This document shows, in pieces, positions 27,311-39,971 of a stretch of DNA of 64,000 nucleotides; the first letter of the stretch is position 1, and each line of letters opens with the position of its first letter. Source of the stretch: Octopus vulgaris (lineage: Eukaryota). The stretch lies in contig OX597820.1 of assembly GCA_951406725.2 (NCBI GenBank), positions 86,986,001 through 87,050,000 of the forward strand, given 5' to 3'. The position numbers and the translations under genes were made by a program. Below the pieces are notes generated by a model. The model was given only the letters and a program-made list of their open reading frames with translations. It did no database searches and was not told the DNA's origin.

Positions 27311-28140
27311 CGTGGTCTAATCAATAAGTATCCGGACTATTGCCATAGTAATGAAGCTAAAGCATGCAGAGTAAAGCCCCTTAGCACAGATTGACCTTGA
27401 ACATTGCTGTGCATGCGCACTGAGTTTTAAGGTTCTAGCTCACTTCTGCTGTTTACAGCAGTGTTTGAAAGGAAGATGTGTGGAGTATGATCGTCAAAAT
27501 GACCGTGACAGAGAAAGTTGAGCAGAGAATCTGCATCAAATTTTGTCAAAAGCTTGATGATACCTGCTCAGAGGCCTACGTAAAGTTTTCAAAAACTTTT
27601 CTTCGTTCTCGACGTAATCAAGTAAATCTTGTGCAACTGAAACCCGAGTGAATTCTTGGTCAGTTGAAAGCAGTTTTGGCATAAACTTGGTGGACACGCG
27701 TCTCATACCCAAATCTTCAGTGATTATGGACTGAACTGAACCGTAACTAATCTGCACATTCTCTGATAACTCACGGATGGTGCTTCGATGATTTCCCTTC
27801 ACAGCTGCACGCACATCTGCGATGTTTTTCTCAGTTCTGCTGGTTGCGAGTCTCCCAGAACGTTCGTCACTTTTTTCAGCTCATACAATCCTCTCCGTAC
27901 ACTTTTTGTAACTTTGCGTGGGCCTCTGAGTAGGTATCGCCAAGCTTTTGGCAAAATGTGATGTAGATTCATGGTCAATGCGAACATCGCACGTTACACA
28001 CGCTCCTTCCATGCACTGCTGTAAACAGCGGAAGTAATCTAGAACGTTAAAACTTAGTGCGCATGCACAACAGAGATCAAGATAAATTTTTACCACGCGG
28101 CTTCTCTCTGCGTGCTTTAGCTTCGTTACTATGTCAACAA
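27311..28140. mobile_element. Rearranged mariner derivative with long inverted arms
   Basis: The left arm (about 27340-27587) encodes MTVTEKVEQRICIKFCQKL and is repeated inverted at about 27910-28135. The middle encodes a mariner HTH segment (STIRELSENVQISYGSVQSIITEDLGMRRVSTKFMPKLL) on the minus strand. Confidence 0.8.
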
Positions 28141-28200
28141 TCATCATGGGACATATCAGTGGCGACTAGGGATCGGACAATATCGCCACTGGGAGGCATA

Positions 28201-28250
<50 letters not shown>

Positions 28251-28307
28251 CTTCTTTTCTACCTACGTATATGCATACATACATACATACATACATACAT
28301 ACATACA

Positions 28308-28338
<31 letters not shown>

Positions 28339-28849
28339 GTTCATTCATACATGAATACATACAAAAACACACAGTGATGTATGTTTCTAGGCAAGTGAGA
28401 GAGAATGACTTAAGTATTCAGAATCCCTTACCTTTCCCCAAGCTTCACGTTTGTCTAAAAATATAAATAAAATCAGGACTAACTTTCTCTCTGCTTTTAC
28501 AGTTTTTAAACACCGTGCGTTGGTTTCGAAGGGTATCATTAAATATATATTTCTTTGGATATTTTTCTCCTACTGTTTTAGAAAATTACAGTGACTGCTA
28601 ATTATAGTGTCAGCCAATTAAGATTAATTTCAGCTATAATTCTAGCGTATAAGATCCCCCGTATAGAATTCATGCATGTATTCCCTATTTAGTGTACATG
28701 TTGTAGTCGTTAGCAACTGTCAGTAAGCTTGGTAAAACGTAAATTATATATCACAGCACAATGCCGCTATATTGCATGTTGCTTTTGTAAGTAATATGAC
28801 GGCAATCGTTCGCAGGTTAAGGAAAGATGTCTTCTTGGCGGCAGATGTA

Positions 28850-29415
28850 TTGGGTTGTCCGGAAAGTTCGTGCCGATTTTTAAAGGAAAGAAAAAGGTCA
28901 AAAAATACTTGCCATTACATTTTTAATCAACCAAATATGAACCATTTTGTTGCATAATGCGTCTCCATCTTTCCTTTAACTTGAAAATACCCTCTTCCCA
29001 GAATTGAGGTGGTTTCATGGCAAAGAATTCATCAAGGTATCTTTTTACGTCATCCAAGAAATTTAATTTTTTACCACTAAGACTATTCTGCAGAGATCTG
29101 AATAAGTGGAAATTTGAAGGAGCAATATCTGGTGAATATGGAAGGTGGGGTAACACATCCCAGCCGAGCTGCAGTAATTTTTGTCTGGTTCCCAAAGCTT
29201 CAAGTGCCGAAAATGAACTTTCTTATTTTCCATTTTAAAGGGTTACAGAATTAACACAGGTTATAGGAACATAAATCTTCTTTCAGGAAAAGATAGCTTA
29301 AACTGTGCTCTAAATGGAGGTATAGTCAAATCCTATTTTATGGATTCAACCATGTTCTAAAATAAGTCGAAAGGTAAGCTACTATAAATCGGCACGAACT
29401 TTCCGGACAACCCAA
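28850..29415 (-). mobile_element. Internally deleted mariner, same family as 4544-5475
   Basis: Both TIRs intact and flanked by TA. Retains YSPDIAPSNFHLF and the C-terminus. Confidence 0.95.
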
Positions 29416-30894
29416 TATAAGCGTAGGGATATTTGGCGTAGAATCAAATGATGTATACATTCCCCTGAATAGCTTCAACATATTGGTTTCCAGTTTTGGC
29501 ACAAGGTCAGTAATTTCAAGAGAGGAAGTAAATCCATTACATCGACTAAAATGCCCAACTGGTACTTATTTTACCGACCCCGTGAGGATAAAAGGTAAAG
29601 ACGCCCTTCGACTGATTTTGAACTCAGCACGCAAAGACAGACGAAATGCCCCTAAATATTTTCCCGGCACGGTAACGATTGTACCAGCTTGCCGTGTTGA
29701 GTGGCTTCAACATATTAACAGGAGATTGAGAGTTTTATATAGAACTGGAAATTAACAAAATTCTCTTCAAATAGACATTATGTACGGAGGTGAATTATAA
29801 CTTTATAGTTTCTGATTTTGTGAAGCAGATGAACGAGAATTTTATGTCAATTAAGTTTTCCAGAAGAGAATACAAACCATTAGTAAATGGACATCATATA
29901 CTTATTAAGCATGAATAGTTGGTTTAGTTGTATAAAAAAATCATAGAAAAAATTGGTACACAAACTTTATATAAAGTAAACCATAGGATCCAAGAAAACT
30001 GGTGGCAACCAATGTTGGAAAATAATATTTTTAAAATATTTTCAAAAGTGGAATAAACTGGTTTACTGTAAAGAATGATTCGTCGTTTGAGAGTGATGTA
30101 CCGAACGGAGGTATCGAATGAATAGACAGGAATTAGTGAGGGAGATGGGTGGGTGGGGGAGACAAAATAGGAGAGGTGAAGAGAAGTGAAGACATTCTAG
30201 AGATAAATAAGAAAGCTTACAATTTTAGAAAGCAGGAGTTTAGTTAGAGAAAAACCAAAAGAAAGGAAATTAAGGCTAAGGAAAGGGAGGAAAAATGATA
30301 TAATAAGGGTTATATATCAGTAATGATGTTAATAAAGGGGAAATTGACTAAAATAATGAGAGGCGTTCATTGATAACTTCACACGAGGAAATTTCTGGGG
30401 TGAACATAGAGCGAACCATAATAAATTTCTACGTCCGAGTGTACACGATTGAGTTAAATATGATTGTACTCAAGCATATTTCATTCAACGCTGCATTATG
30501 AACCTCGTGTTATCTACTGCATATGTAACATATATGATATCATACCTTGATACTGTGTGAACCGAGATCCCTGTTGATAGGCCCTTGATATCAAATACAG
30601 TGCTAATCACTTACGATATGCTATAAGTAGCTCCAGTTCGCTGTATCAACTGGATTTGTTGAGAATATAAACAGATTAGCTGCTTAATTTGCTGGGTTTC
30701 TTCAAATTGAATCAGACACCTCTGATGAGAATGCAATAAGGTTTGAAAATTGATTGAGGCTGTTCATCATATTTTCAGTCAACAGATGAATAACTAAATT
30801 TGTCCTATGTATATATATATATATATACTGCGTAGGTCGCACACACGCCACACATACACGCATATGTATGTATGTATGTATGTATGTATGTCTC

Positions 30895-31968
30895 ATATCT
30901 TTAATTATTATAAATCTTCCACTGAGAAGGGAGCCGGTTTCCAACAAAGATACAAGGCTCCTTCTTTTGGGTGTAGACACATAGACAAATTCACATTTTG
31001 AACTTGAGAAAAGTTCTGCATACTTTTTACTGTTCCACTCACAGATTGCACTTGTAATGTACGAATCAGCCGGTCGGTTTCTCTTTCTGATAATCCCAGT
31101 TTATCCAAATTTCCTTCAAGCATTTACTAACAAAACCTAGTGCTCCAGTTATTATTGGTATGAATATGAATTCATAGTCTGGATATAGAAGCTGGGAGTT
31201 TCAAAGCAGTTGTCCATAGATATCCTCTTTTTCTTTGATTTTCAAAAAGATATTTATATCTGCGGGGCAGTAAACCTCTATGATGGTACATACCTTTGCT
31301 CCTCTGTCCTAAACAACAATATCCGGCCTGTTATGCTTACATTTGACAGAAGTTTTGATGGAAATATTCCACCAGCATTCCTTGAGTTGGTGTTTATGAA
31401 TATATTCCCAAAGAGAGGGATTTTATAAGTTTATTTCAGGACAGTCTTTTTTGCGGATGGCATTGTAAATAGTATTAGCAACAACATCGTGTCGCATAGG
31501 GGAGGTAGTACCGGGCCGGCGTTTTAGGACAGCTGCTAATCACATGCGTAACGTCTTCCACAGAAACATGACATAGCCTACACATGCGGTTGTACCTTGG
31601 GATTCCAAGAGCGTCACTGTCTTTTGTTCACCAGGTACTTTGTGGAAATCTCCTGTTTCTGGATTGCAAACGCATAGCCTTCAAAATGTGATCTGATGTA
31701 GTGGTCTTGTGTCCAAGAGAGGCTGCGCTTCGTGTCCATTCTACTGCCTTCTTCAAGCTTCCGGGCAACATACCCATGCATGGTCTTTTTTTTGTATGCT
31801 GAGTGCTTTCCATCCAGGTCTTCTATGAGGTAAACGAGCCCAGCTGTCTTGAGGTTGTATAGGAGATCATAAGGAAGAGAGTGTTTCTTGAGGAGTTCAC
31901 TGCCAACTCGTACACTGTTGCTCACTTCACTTTTCAGGAGTGTATTAATATATTTATTTTGCTGCTCT
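30895..31968 (-). mobile_element. 5'-truncated RLE-type non-LTR retrotransposon in a (CATA)n repeat
   Basis: CCHC finger CRLCHVSVEDVTHVISSC, RHD, KHNRPDIVV and IIGALG. Frameshifted. Confidence 0.85.
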
Positions 31969-32239
31969 TGTATGTATGTATGTATGTATGTATGTATGTA
32001 TGTATGTATGTATGTATGTATGTATGTATGTATGTATGTATGTATGTATGTGTGTACTTTACTGATCACCATTGTTAATAAACGTTTTGGCTATAGATTG
32101 TGAGGTGCTGTGTAAGTTTTATCATTAACATGCTATGTTTTGTTATATGAAATCTTTAGCGCCGAATATATATCCTAAGGTGAATTTTTCAGCACTAATA
32201 TAAAAGGAACAATCTGGCCGGCACCAACAGTCCCTAATT

Positions 32240-32271
32240 CACACACACACACGCACACGCACACACACACA

Positions 32272-32321
<50 letters not shown>

Positions 32322-32351
32322 TACATATATGTATATATGTATGTGCGTATT

Positions 32352-32409
<58 letters not shown>

Positions 32410-32520
32410 TGTATGTATGTGTGTATGTATGTATATATATATATATATGTATGTGTAGGAAGAGAGATACACAGATAGATAGAGAGAGAGAGAGGGAGAG
32501 ATGGGAAGAGAGAGATAGGT
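32240..32520. repeat. Compound microsatellite
   Basis: Directly visible CA/TA/TATG/GA. Confidence 0.95.
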
Positions 32521-33591
32521 ATAGCAAGTTTGCATATAGGAAAGTATACGCTATTGTTATTTATTTCGATGTTGATCTGCCATGTCTTACAATCGCACCA
32601 CCGTTATAATGCTTTATGACCGAAGAAAAATAACACGAAAGAATATGATTTACTACATTCATTGGATGAAACACCAAGGACAAACATAGTAGATGAGGTC
32701 GGTAGGTAGAAGCCTTAGTGATTTCGTCAAAGATAGACCGGTATAATATCGAGTCGGAAAATTAATGACAATTTAGTAATAAAAAAAAACAGAACACATC
32801 AAGAATATCCTTGATATCTAGCATTATAAATGGTATACATAGGAATGGATTTCTCTCACGGAGATTATTGATACCAGAAAATGAATAAAGCAAACAATAT
32901 TATAAGGGGGAGATCATTCAAATGGTAGTAATTGGGTAAAAGATAAATAGAAGTTGATATAGAATAAATATATATCTAGATTAAGTAGACTCGTAAAATA
33001 AAATATATACGTACATATATACATATATGTGTGTGTAAATAGATAAATAGATAGATACATACATACATACATAGATACATAGATAAAGAAAGAGAGAGAT
33101 AGAATGAGAGACAGTAGGGAGGATCCTCTATTGTAGTGAAAACAGAAATCGAAGAATTATTGCAATCAATAGAAAGCATGCAAGATGGATGGACAATCTA
33201 AAGAGTTGCCATTGTTTGGTGATCATCAAAATACGTTACATAATAAATATACATTATGTAACATATATATATCTTACAAATATATCAGAATGATTTATGA
33301 TTTACTGAGTTACTATTGTTGTTGTTGTTGTTGTTACTTCTGTTGTTGTTGCTTGCTGCTGCTGTTGATGTTGTTATTAATGCGACGAGCAGGCAGAATT
33401 GTTAGCATGGCGGATAAAGTGCTTTGCGATATATCTGTCTTTACGTTCTGAGTTTAAGTCTTTCCAACGTCGACTTTGCTCTTCATCCTTTCGGCCTCGA
33501 TAAAATAAGTACCAGTTGAGCAATGAAGTCGATGTATTCAACTTACACTCTACCCAAATCCCAGGACTAGTGTCTATAGTAGAAAAGGTTA

Positions 33592-33625
<34 letters not shown>

Positions 33626-34371
33626 GTGAGAGAGCAGTGAATACCATCAAAGTGACACTGGGTTAAAATATGCGAATCCCAGCATACCCATCATGACTAT
33701 CCGTTGATAAGGGTTCCTCAGGCATATGCATCACAACAGCATGTGCGCGACGTAGTGATCTTCTGTCAAGATAAACAGCACATGACCTTGCAGGTGGAGC
33801 CAGTTAGAATTTTCTCCATGTCAGGTAGGCCACCCCGCTCAAAAGGTCCCTGAATAAGGTTTGTTTAAGGATGTTGAATGAAACACCCATGTTTCTAGAG
33901 GTGGATTATTAAAAACCCAAAGAATTCTTCTCAACACATGCTTCCCCACTACTTTTGCTCGTGATCAGAGATGCACATATCGTTAAGCACTAAGGGAATG
34001 CTCAACTGGTTAAGGTCAAACAACTGACAAGCAAATCTGTGGTATTGAGCAGAATATTTGTTGTAGCCCATCTTTTATACCAAGACAAAACATGTACGTA
34101 ATAGCACTTTCAAGCAGGCCTTTCACTTGTTGTAGAATGAATTATTACCATAATTATCATTATTATAAAACCAACGAATAGGCCTCTACGTGGTCACCCG
34201 ACTTGCTGGAAATAACGACCAATGTACTCTTCAAATCTACTCTCACAGAAAAAGAAACATAAGATAACGTTGTCATGGCTTCGTAGTGATTTCGGACAAA
34301 AGACGGGTCAGTTACGACAGGAGAGTCTGTGATCGTATATCTGTTCATTCAGGGCTAGCCTGTAGGAAAAC

Positions 34372-34422
34372 AGCAACAACACCAGCTACAACTACAACTA
34401 GAACAACGACAGCAGCAGAAGC

Positions 34423-34521
<99 letters not shown>

Positions 34522-34523
34522 CT

Positions 34524-34558
<35 letters not shown>
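34372..34558. repeat. (CAA)n(CTA)n trinucleotide repeat
   Basis: Directly visible. Source of the poly-Thr ORF. Confidence 0.95.
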
Positions 34559-36334
34559 GGATAAGAAAAAAACTAAAATCGAATCGTGCGTAAAATATCT
34601 AAGCTGATGTTAAATCTACGTATGTTGGAAAATGGTATGTCATCTTTTAAGGAACTAACAAGACATTTGAAGAAAGAGAGAGAAGGGGGGGGCGAGAGGG
34701 AAGAAGAGGGAGAATCGTTTTCTATATTCTACAAGAGCGTTAGGCGGTGAACTGGCAGAGTCGTTAGCACACCGACCAAAATGGTTAGCGGCATTCCGTC
34801 AATCTTTATGTTCTGAGTTCAAATTCCACCGAGGTCGACTTTGTCTTTCATCCTTCTGAATCAATAAAATAAGTACTACTTGAGCACAAGGATCGATGTA
34901 ATCGACTTACCTCGTCCGCGAAATTGCTGGCCTTGTGCCAAAATTTGAAACGATTAATTTATTAGTGTTTTTTTTATCCATGAGCAATGACTATATCTTG
35001 GAGTTTCGTTTAATGATTGCAAATTTCTGTTCATAGACGCTAACTTTTTTCTTGTACGATTCGACGAGAAGTAGTCCTTTTCGAAGATGGGAAATATTGG
35101 CGTGTATTTTCAAAAAGATGGATTGACAGACATAGAAACGGAGAATAAAGGCGAATGCTTAGCGAAAAAAAATTTCAACTGAACTGTCCCGCTAACATGG
35201 ATTACTATGCAGGCCAGTCACGTTGTAAGGTTGAACAGATGTACACAATGGAGGGATAAGTGGGTTTCATGATATAGACCCAGGCAGTGATAAGTTATGT
35301 CTGTTCAGGATGGTGATGGGAGTAAAGTAGATAACAAATGTAGTTTGGTCAACACGTGGGTGGAAGTGTGTCGTGTAAGTCTGAGGACAAGGAGGATCAT
35401 GTAAAGCTGACAGAGGTAGACCTAGTTAAGACCGGAACAATCTGGTCTTAATCTGGGAAGCAATAGAATCTACAACAGGCCATGTAATTCACTAAAGTGC
35501 CTTTTACTCTTCTGGTGACTGTTTTCTTGAAGCACTTTTTTTATTCTTTTATTCTTTCATTTGAACGTTCTCTATGTGATTTTTTTTACCTGTATACCTG
35601 TAATTCCCTTGATTAAGAGTCACTTTGAGGGTTACTTGATATAAAGGTTGGTTCTAGGAGAAAAGGCATTCAATAAATCACTTATTTGGCTCAGTAAGAT
35701 CAGCTTAAACTCGCACAAGTTAATTTCTAGAGAAAATACATGAGAGCGGTTAAAAGGAGACTCCGAGAAGTAATTTGGTGATTTAATCTGATAATGATGG
35801 GGAGACGACTAACAGGTCTAGTAAACATTTCTGTTGTTCAAAGTAGAAAGACTTATTGTGGATGTAATTGTGGTAGACTCACTAATACAATACTCATTAA
35901 CAGTTTTGATTATAAGTTTAATTGATAATACTAACAGCTTTGATCATAGGTTTGATTGAACGGACCTATTACAGAAGATGTTCCAACCGTAGCTATCCAG
36001 TTGTTTTGGATAACTAGATCATTGCTTAATGTGTTCTTTTTTAAAGATAGTAATATGTGAATCTGTTCATCGTTTTTTTACGACAGTAGTATGTGATTTG
36101 ATGAAATTTGGCTGCTATTTCTAACGTATCAAGCGACTGCATGAAGGTTCTATTTTGTTGGTTCACGATTTTAGTGAAGGTTTGCTCATTATTCCGAAGG
36201 ATTACTCTTGATGCAATTTAGAATGTCTGTGTATCTAGCGACTGCACGGTCTTCGATATGCAAGTAGTAATACAGTAAAACAGAAAACAAGTCAGATTTA
36301 TGAAATGATTCAAATGTCAAAACATATTCCTTAC

Positions 36335-36415
36335 CGTTCTTTGTCTTGAAAGTTCGTCATTGGGAATGATCTTTTGGCACCGACACCTCGACATCTTGGT
36401 GCATATATATACTTC
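36335..36415 (-). CDS. elevenin: Elevenin precursor, coding exon 2 (rest of mature peptide, KR site)
   Basis: Strong acceptor ttatcttttccttttcag and donor CG|GTAAGG. 81 nt, phase 2-2. Reads (R)KYIYAPRCRGVGAKRSFPMTNFQDKE(R), completing the elevenin motif C-x5-AP-x-CRGV-x-A-KR. Confidence 0.93.
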
Positions 36416-38610
36416 CTGAAAAGGAAAAGATAAATTAATGATTTATAACATAGATTCAAAGCCTCAAATTTGGAGGATGGATTATAATAGCACTTCAGTA
36501 ATGTATCGATCCAGGAAAGATAAACGGCACGAAGATATATATAAATCTGTGAAGTATTAATAACTCTTCTATCATTATTAAGTCTGAAGCACCCGAACAC
36601 AAGGATCACAGTAAAGGATAATGACTAGGATGTTGACCCTTGGGTTGTAATTTTTGTGCCATAGCAAAATCAAGTGGTAACTACCGAGGTAACCCAAAAT
36701 GAAATATACTCGGCTTGGGTCAACTTCTAACGGCTCATGAAGAACATAGAGCCATTCTAGAGTTGTGCTTTTTTGAGTAAAAAGCCATGAAGCTGGTGAT
36801 AAAAGGCAGGAAACTTTGTTGCTATACGTGTAGCAGAAATGGAAAGATCGAAAGACAACAAAACAGCAGAGACGACAACTGCAATGATAGCAGAAATAAT
36901 GGTAATAATCAAGTGCCAATAAAATTCTGTGCTCGATATAATTGACTGCTCCATTTCGCAATTTGTGTGAATTCCTGCCTATGTTAGAAATCTATGCAAA
37001 AACAAGAGAATAGATAGAATCTTATGTCATGTCTGTTTTGTTCTCATAGACTTGTGAGGTCAAAAAATATCTGAATTTTCAAGGCATTTAGATTGAGTGA
37101 CGAAGACTCCACCTTGAACAGGAATTCAACTTTTTGCAGGGTTAGCCTACAAGTGCCACTAACACTTATTTTAGCTGAATGTATTGAGGCCGTATGAAAT
37201 AAAATGCTTTGCTCATCGATACAATATGCCTCTTCGTCCTGGACAGCAAATCAATAACTCTGTGATTGTGAGTCCAATACTTTAACCAGTAAGCCACACG
37301 CACACACACACGCACTCACAAAGAGCCAAAAGATACATACTAAGATTTGTATTAAAATTTTTGCAAATAAAGAAAAAGCGTTTTAATAAAATTTCAATAC
37401 ACCATTTTCAACATTCTAGTCTATTCTTTTATTCATTATTTGATTAAAGACAATAAAAAAAGAACAAATATAAAAATATAACTTGCTATTAATTAATATG
37501 AAAGTTCATTCTAAATAATAAACCAGAAAAAAATTAAAATAAAAGCAAGCAAAAAAATGAAAGAAAAAAGAAAGTCTTTGCTTTTAGCACTGATTAAACG
37601 AATATCTGTCGTTTAATGAAACAAACTTAGGCGTGTAGAATTTAAAAAACACATGTTTCAGAGAAGACATTGATAGGATGGAACTTAACCGCGATTCATC
37701 ATCACTGAGTGAAGTGATAAGTGGATGTAATAAATCTACGTAAAATAAAAATCTTGAATAGAATGAGTTTCATTAAAATGCAATAAACCCATTGAGGAGG
37801 TCTTGAACAAAACACTCGACAACCTTCTATCTCATTAACAACCATCCAATATGTATTGCCCCAGGAATTTAGAAAGAAAAATAGAAATCAAATTCAATTT
37901 TCTTGTTGCAATAATTTGTGTGGCGTCATTTTTGTAAAATGTACGTACATACATACATACATACATGCATACATACATGCATACGTACGTGTATGTATGC
38001 TTGTATATTTGTATTTTTGTATGTATGTATAAGCATATACATATGTTCTAGTGTCACAGTTTGTAAACGAAAACGGAAGATAATATTCAAGACACGATGT
38101 TATTCATTTATTTATTTATTTAACCTGATGATCTCGCCACTCAAGTTTGAATAAATACATAAATATTACACTTTATAGTGTTATATTTATTTTAAAACAA
38201 CATACAGTACTTTCTTTTAATTCGTTTGAAGTATTGTAAGACTTGAAAATAAGCTCCTGAAAAGGAAATGAAGCTATATATGATAGTACCTGACATATCG
38301 TGTAAAAATAGACATTTTAAGGGCTGCATTTATTCCAAATTTTGTTCTTGGGAGTAATTTTATAACTGATAAAGTACTTAACATCGTATATAAAATTACA
38401 TAATAAATCTTGGTAAATCCTGATTCATGAGATAAAAAATCGCATAAGCGTTAAACAGAATATATGAAAGTTTTAATGTGTCTTATTTCTTTTCTCCCCA
38501 ACTTGCAACCCACTGTATTTCATTAGCTGATAATCCGAGTAAAACATAGCTCTTTTTGGGCTAACTTGGTCGGTTTAGCACTAAGTATTGAACTGAGCTG
38601 CTACAACAAA

Positions 38611-38989
38611 TCTTTATATATAAAAGTGAAGTTGCGTGTCTGTCTCCTACGATTTAGATTCCTAACTACTCCCACATTTTGCGGTGCAGTTTAACCAAAA
38701 CCGGGTATCTTATAGTCGTGATTCATATCGAGCCCTTCTGCGATGAGTCTACGATTTAAAAAAAAAAATTACCATTATTTTTTTCCATTTTAATGCATTT
38801 TTTCGCTATTATATAAGGGAAGTAACTCTTTAAAAATGTCTACGATGAGTCAACGATTTAAAAAAATTTACCATCATTTTTTTCCCATTTTTAATGCATT
38901 TTTTTGCTATTTTTTGGCTATAACTATCTAAAAATGCTTATATAGTTATTTCCCTTACAAACCCGAGCAACACCGGGCGATACTGCTAG
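38611..38989 (+). mobile_element. Non-autonomous Helitron
   Basis: Starts with TC after A. Ends with hairpin CCCGAGCAACACCGGG plus CTAG before T. No TSD. Internal duplication of about 70 bp. Confidence 0.85.
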
Positions 38990-39313
38990 TTTACAATATA
39001 ATGCGTCTTTATTCTTTCGGTGTGAATTAATTGTTAGTCAATAAAAACATAATCGTTATTTTATTTTTCACCAATTTATAAATCCTAATTCTATCTCAAC
39101 ACTATAACACAGAAGAGAAAGCGGGATTTCAGTGATGTGAAATTCAAGCTAACTTGTTGAGAATGCCAAGACAAAACTCAAACATTGCAGTTGAACAGGT
39201 GTCTTGTGTTACAGGAAAGCAAAAGGTGAGAAACTGGATATCAGAAGATGAGCTCAGAAGAAATGCCTCAATGCACTCTGTAAAAATAGAGAACCTTATT
39301 GGTTCCATAAGAG

Positions 39314-39344
39314 GATAGATAGATAGAAGGATAGATAGACAGAC

Positions 39345-39376
<32 letters not shown>

Positions 39377-39397
39377 CGATAGATAGATAGATAGATT

Positions 39398-39470
<73 letters not shown>
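39314..39470. repeat. (GATA)n microsatellite
   Basis: Directly visible. Similar blocks at about 43105-43185, 55772-55872 and 60935-61070. Confidence 0.95.
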
Positions 39471-39471
<1 letters not shown>

Positions 39472-39926
39472 ATTGTAAGGTGAATAAATGTCAATAAATA
39501 TTAAAATGAACAACACATGAAGAACAAAATTTGAGAAATATAGTCCTTGCTTAATTCGTGAAAAATTGAATGAAATAAGAGAGCCTAAATGTTTTGAACA
39601 ACAATCCTTCACCAGAAAGAAGGAAGAAGAGAACACACACACACACACACACACACACGCATGTGTTCCCGAAGCGAAGATCCTGTGCAGTAGCAGGTGA
39701 AACTCAGAATAGCAAGGGACTGATTCGACTAAAATATGAAATATATTTTAAACTTTATTATGGTATTGAGTAATCTTTTTACCGATAGTTAACACACACA
39801 CACATATATATACACCCATACATACATACATACATACATACATACATACATACATACATACATACATACATACATACATACATACACACGTGTGTGTTAT
39901 ATGTGTGTGTGAGCTTGCGTGCGTGT

Positions 39927-39971
<45 letters not shown>

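Noticed and set aside
36578-36977. Overlapping ORFs with a hydrophobic TM-like stretch (WHLIITIISAIIAVVVSAVLL), superficially like an XK-related protein or KDEL receptor
   Set aside because: Needs compensating frameshifts. The hydrophobic run derives from decayed ATT/GTT-type repeats, and the real exon is the 81-nt one at 36335-36415.
39152-39277. Strong minus-strand acceptor with an open frame [16 protein letters not shown]...
   Set aside because: Wrong phase for elevenin (gives an immediate stop), weak donor and no recognisable protein.
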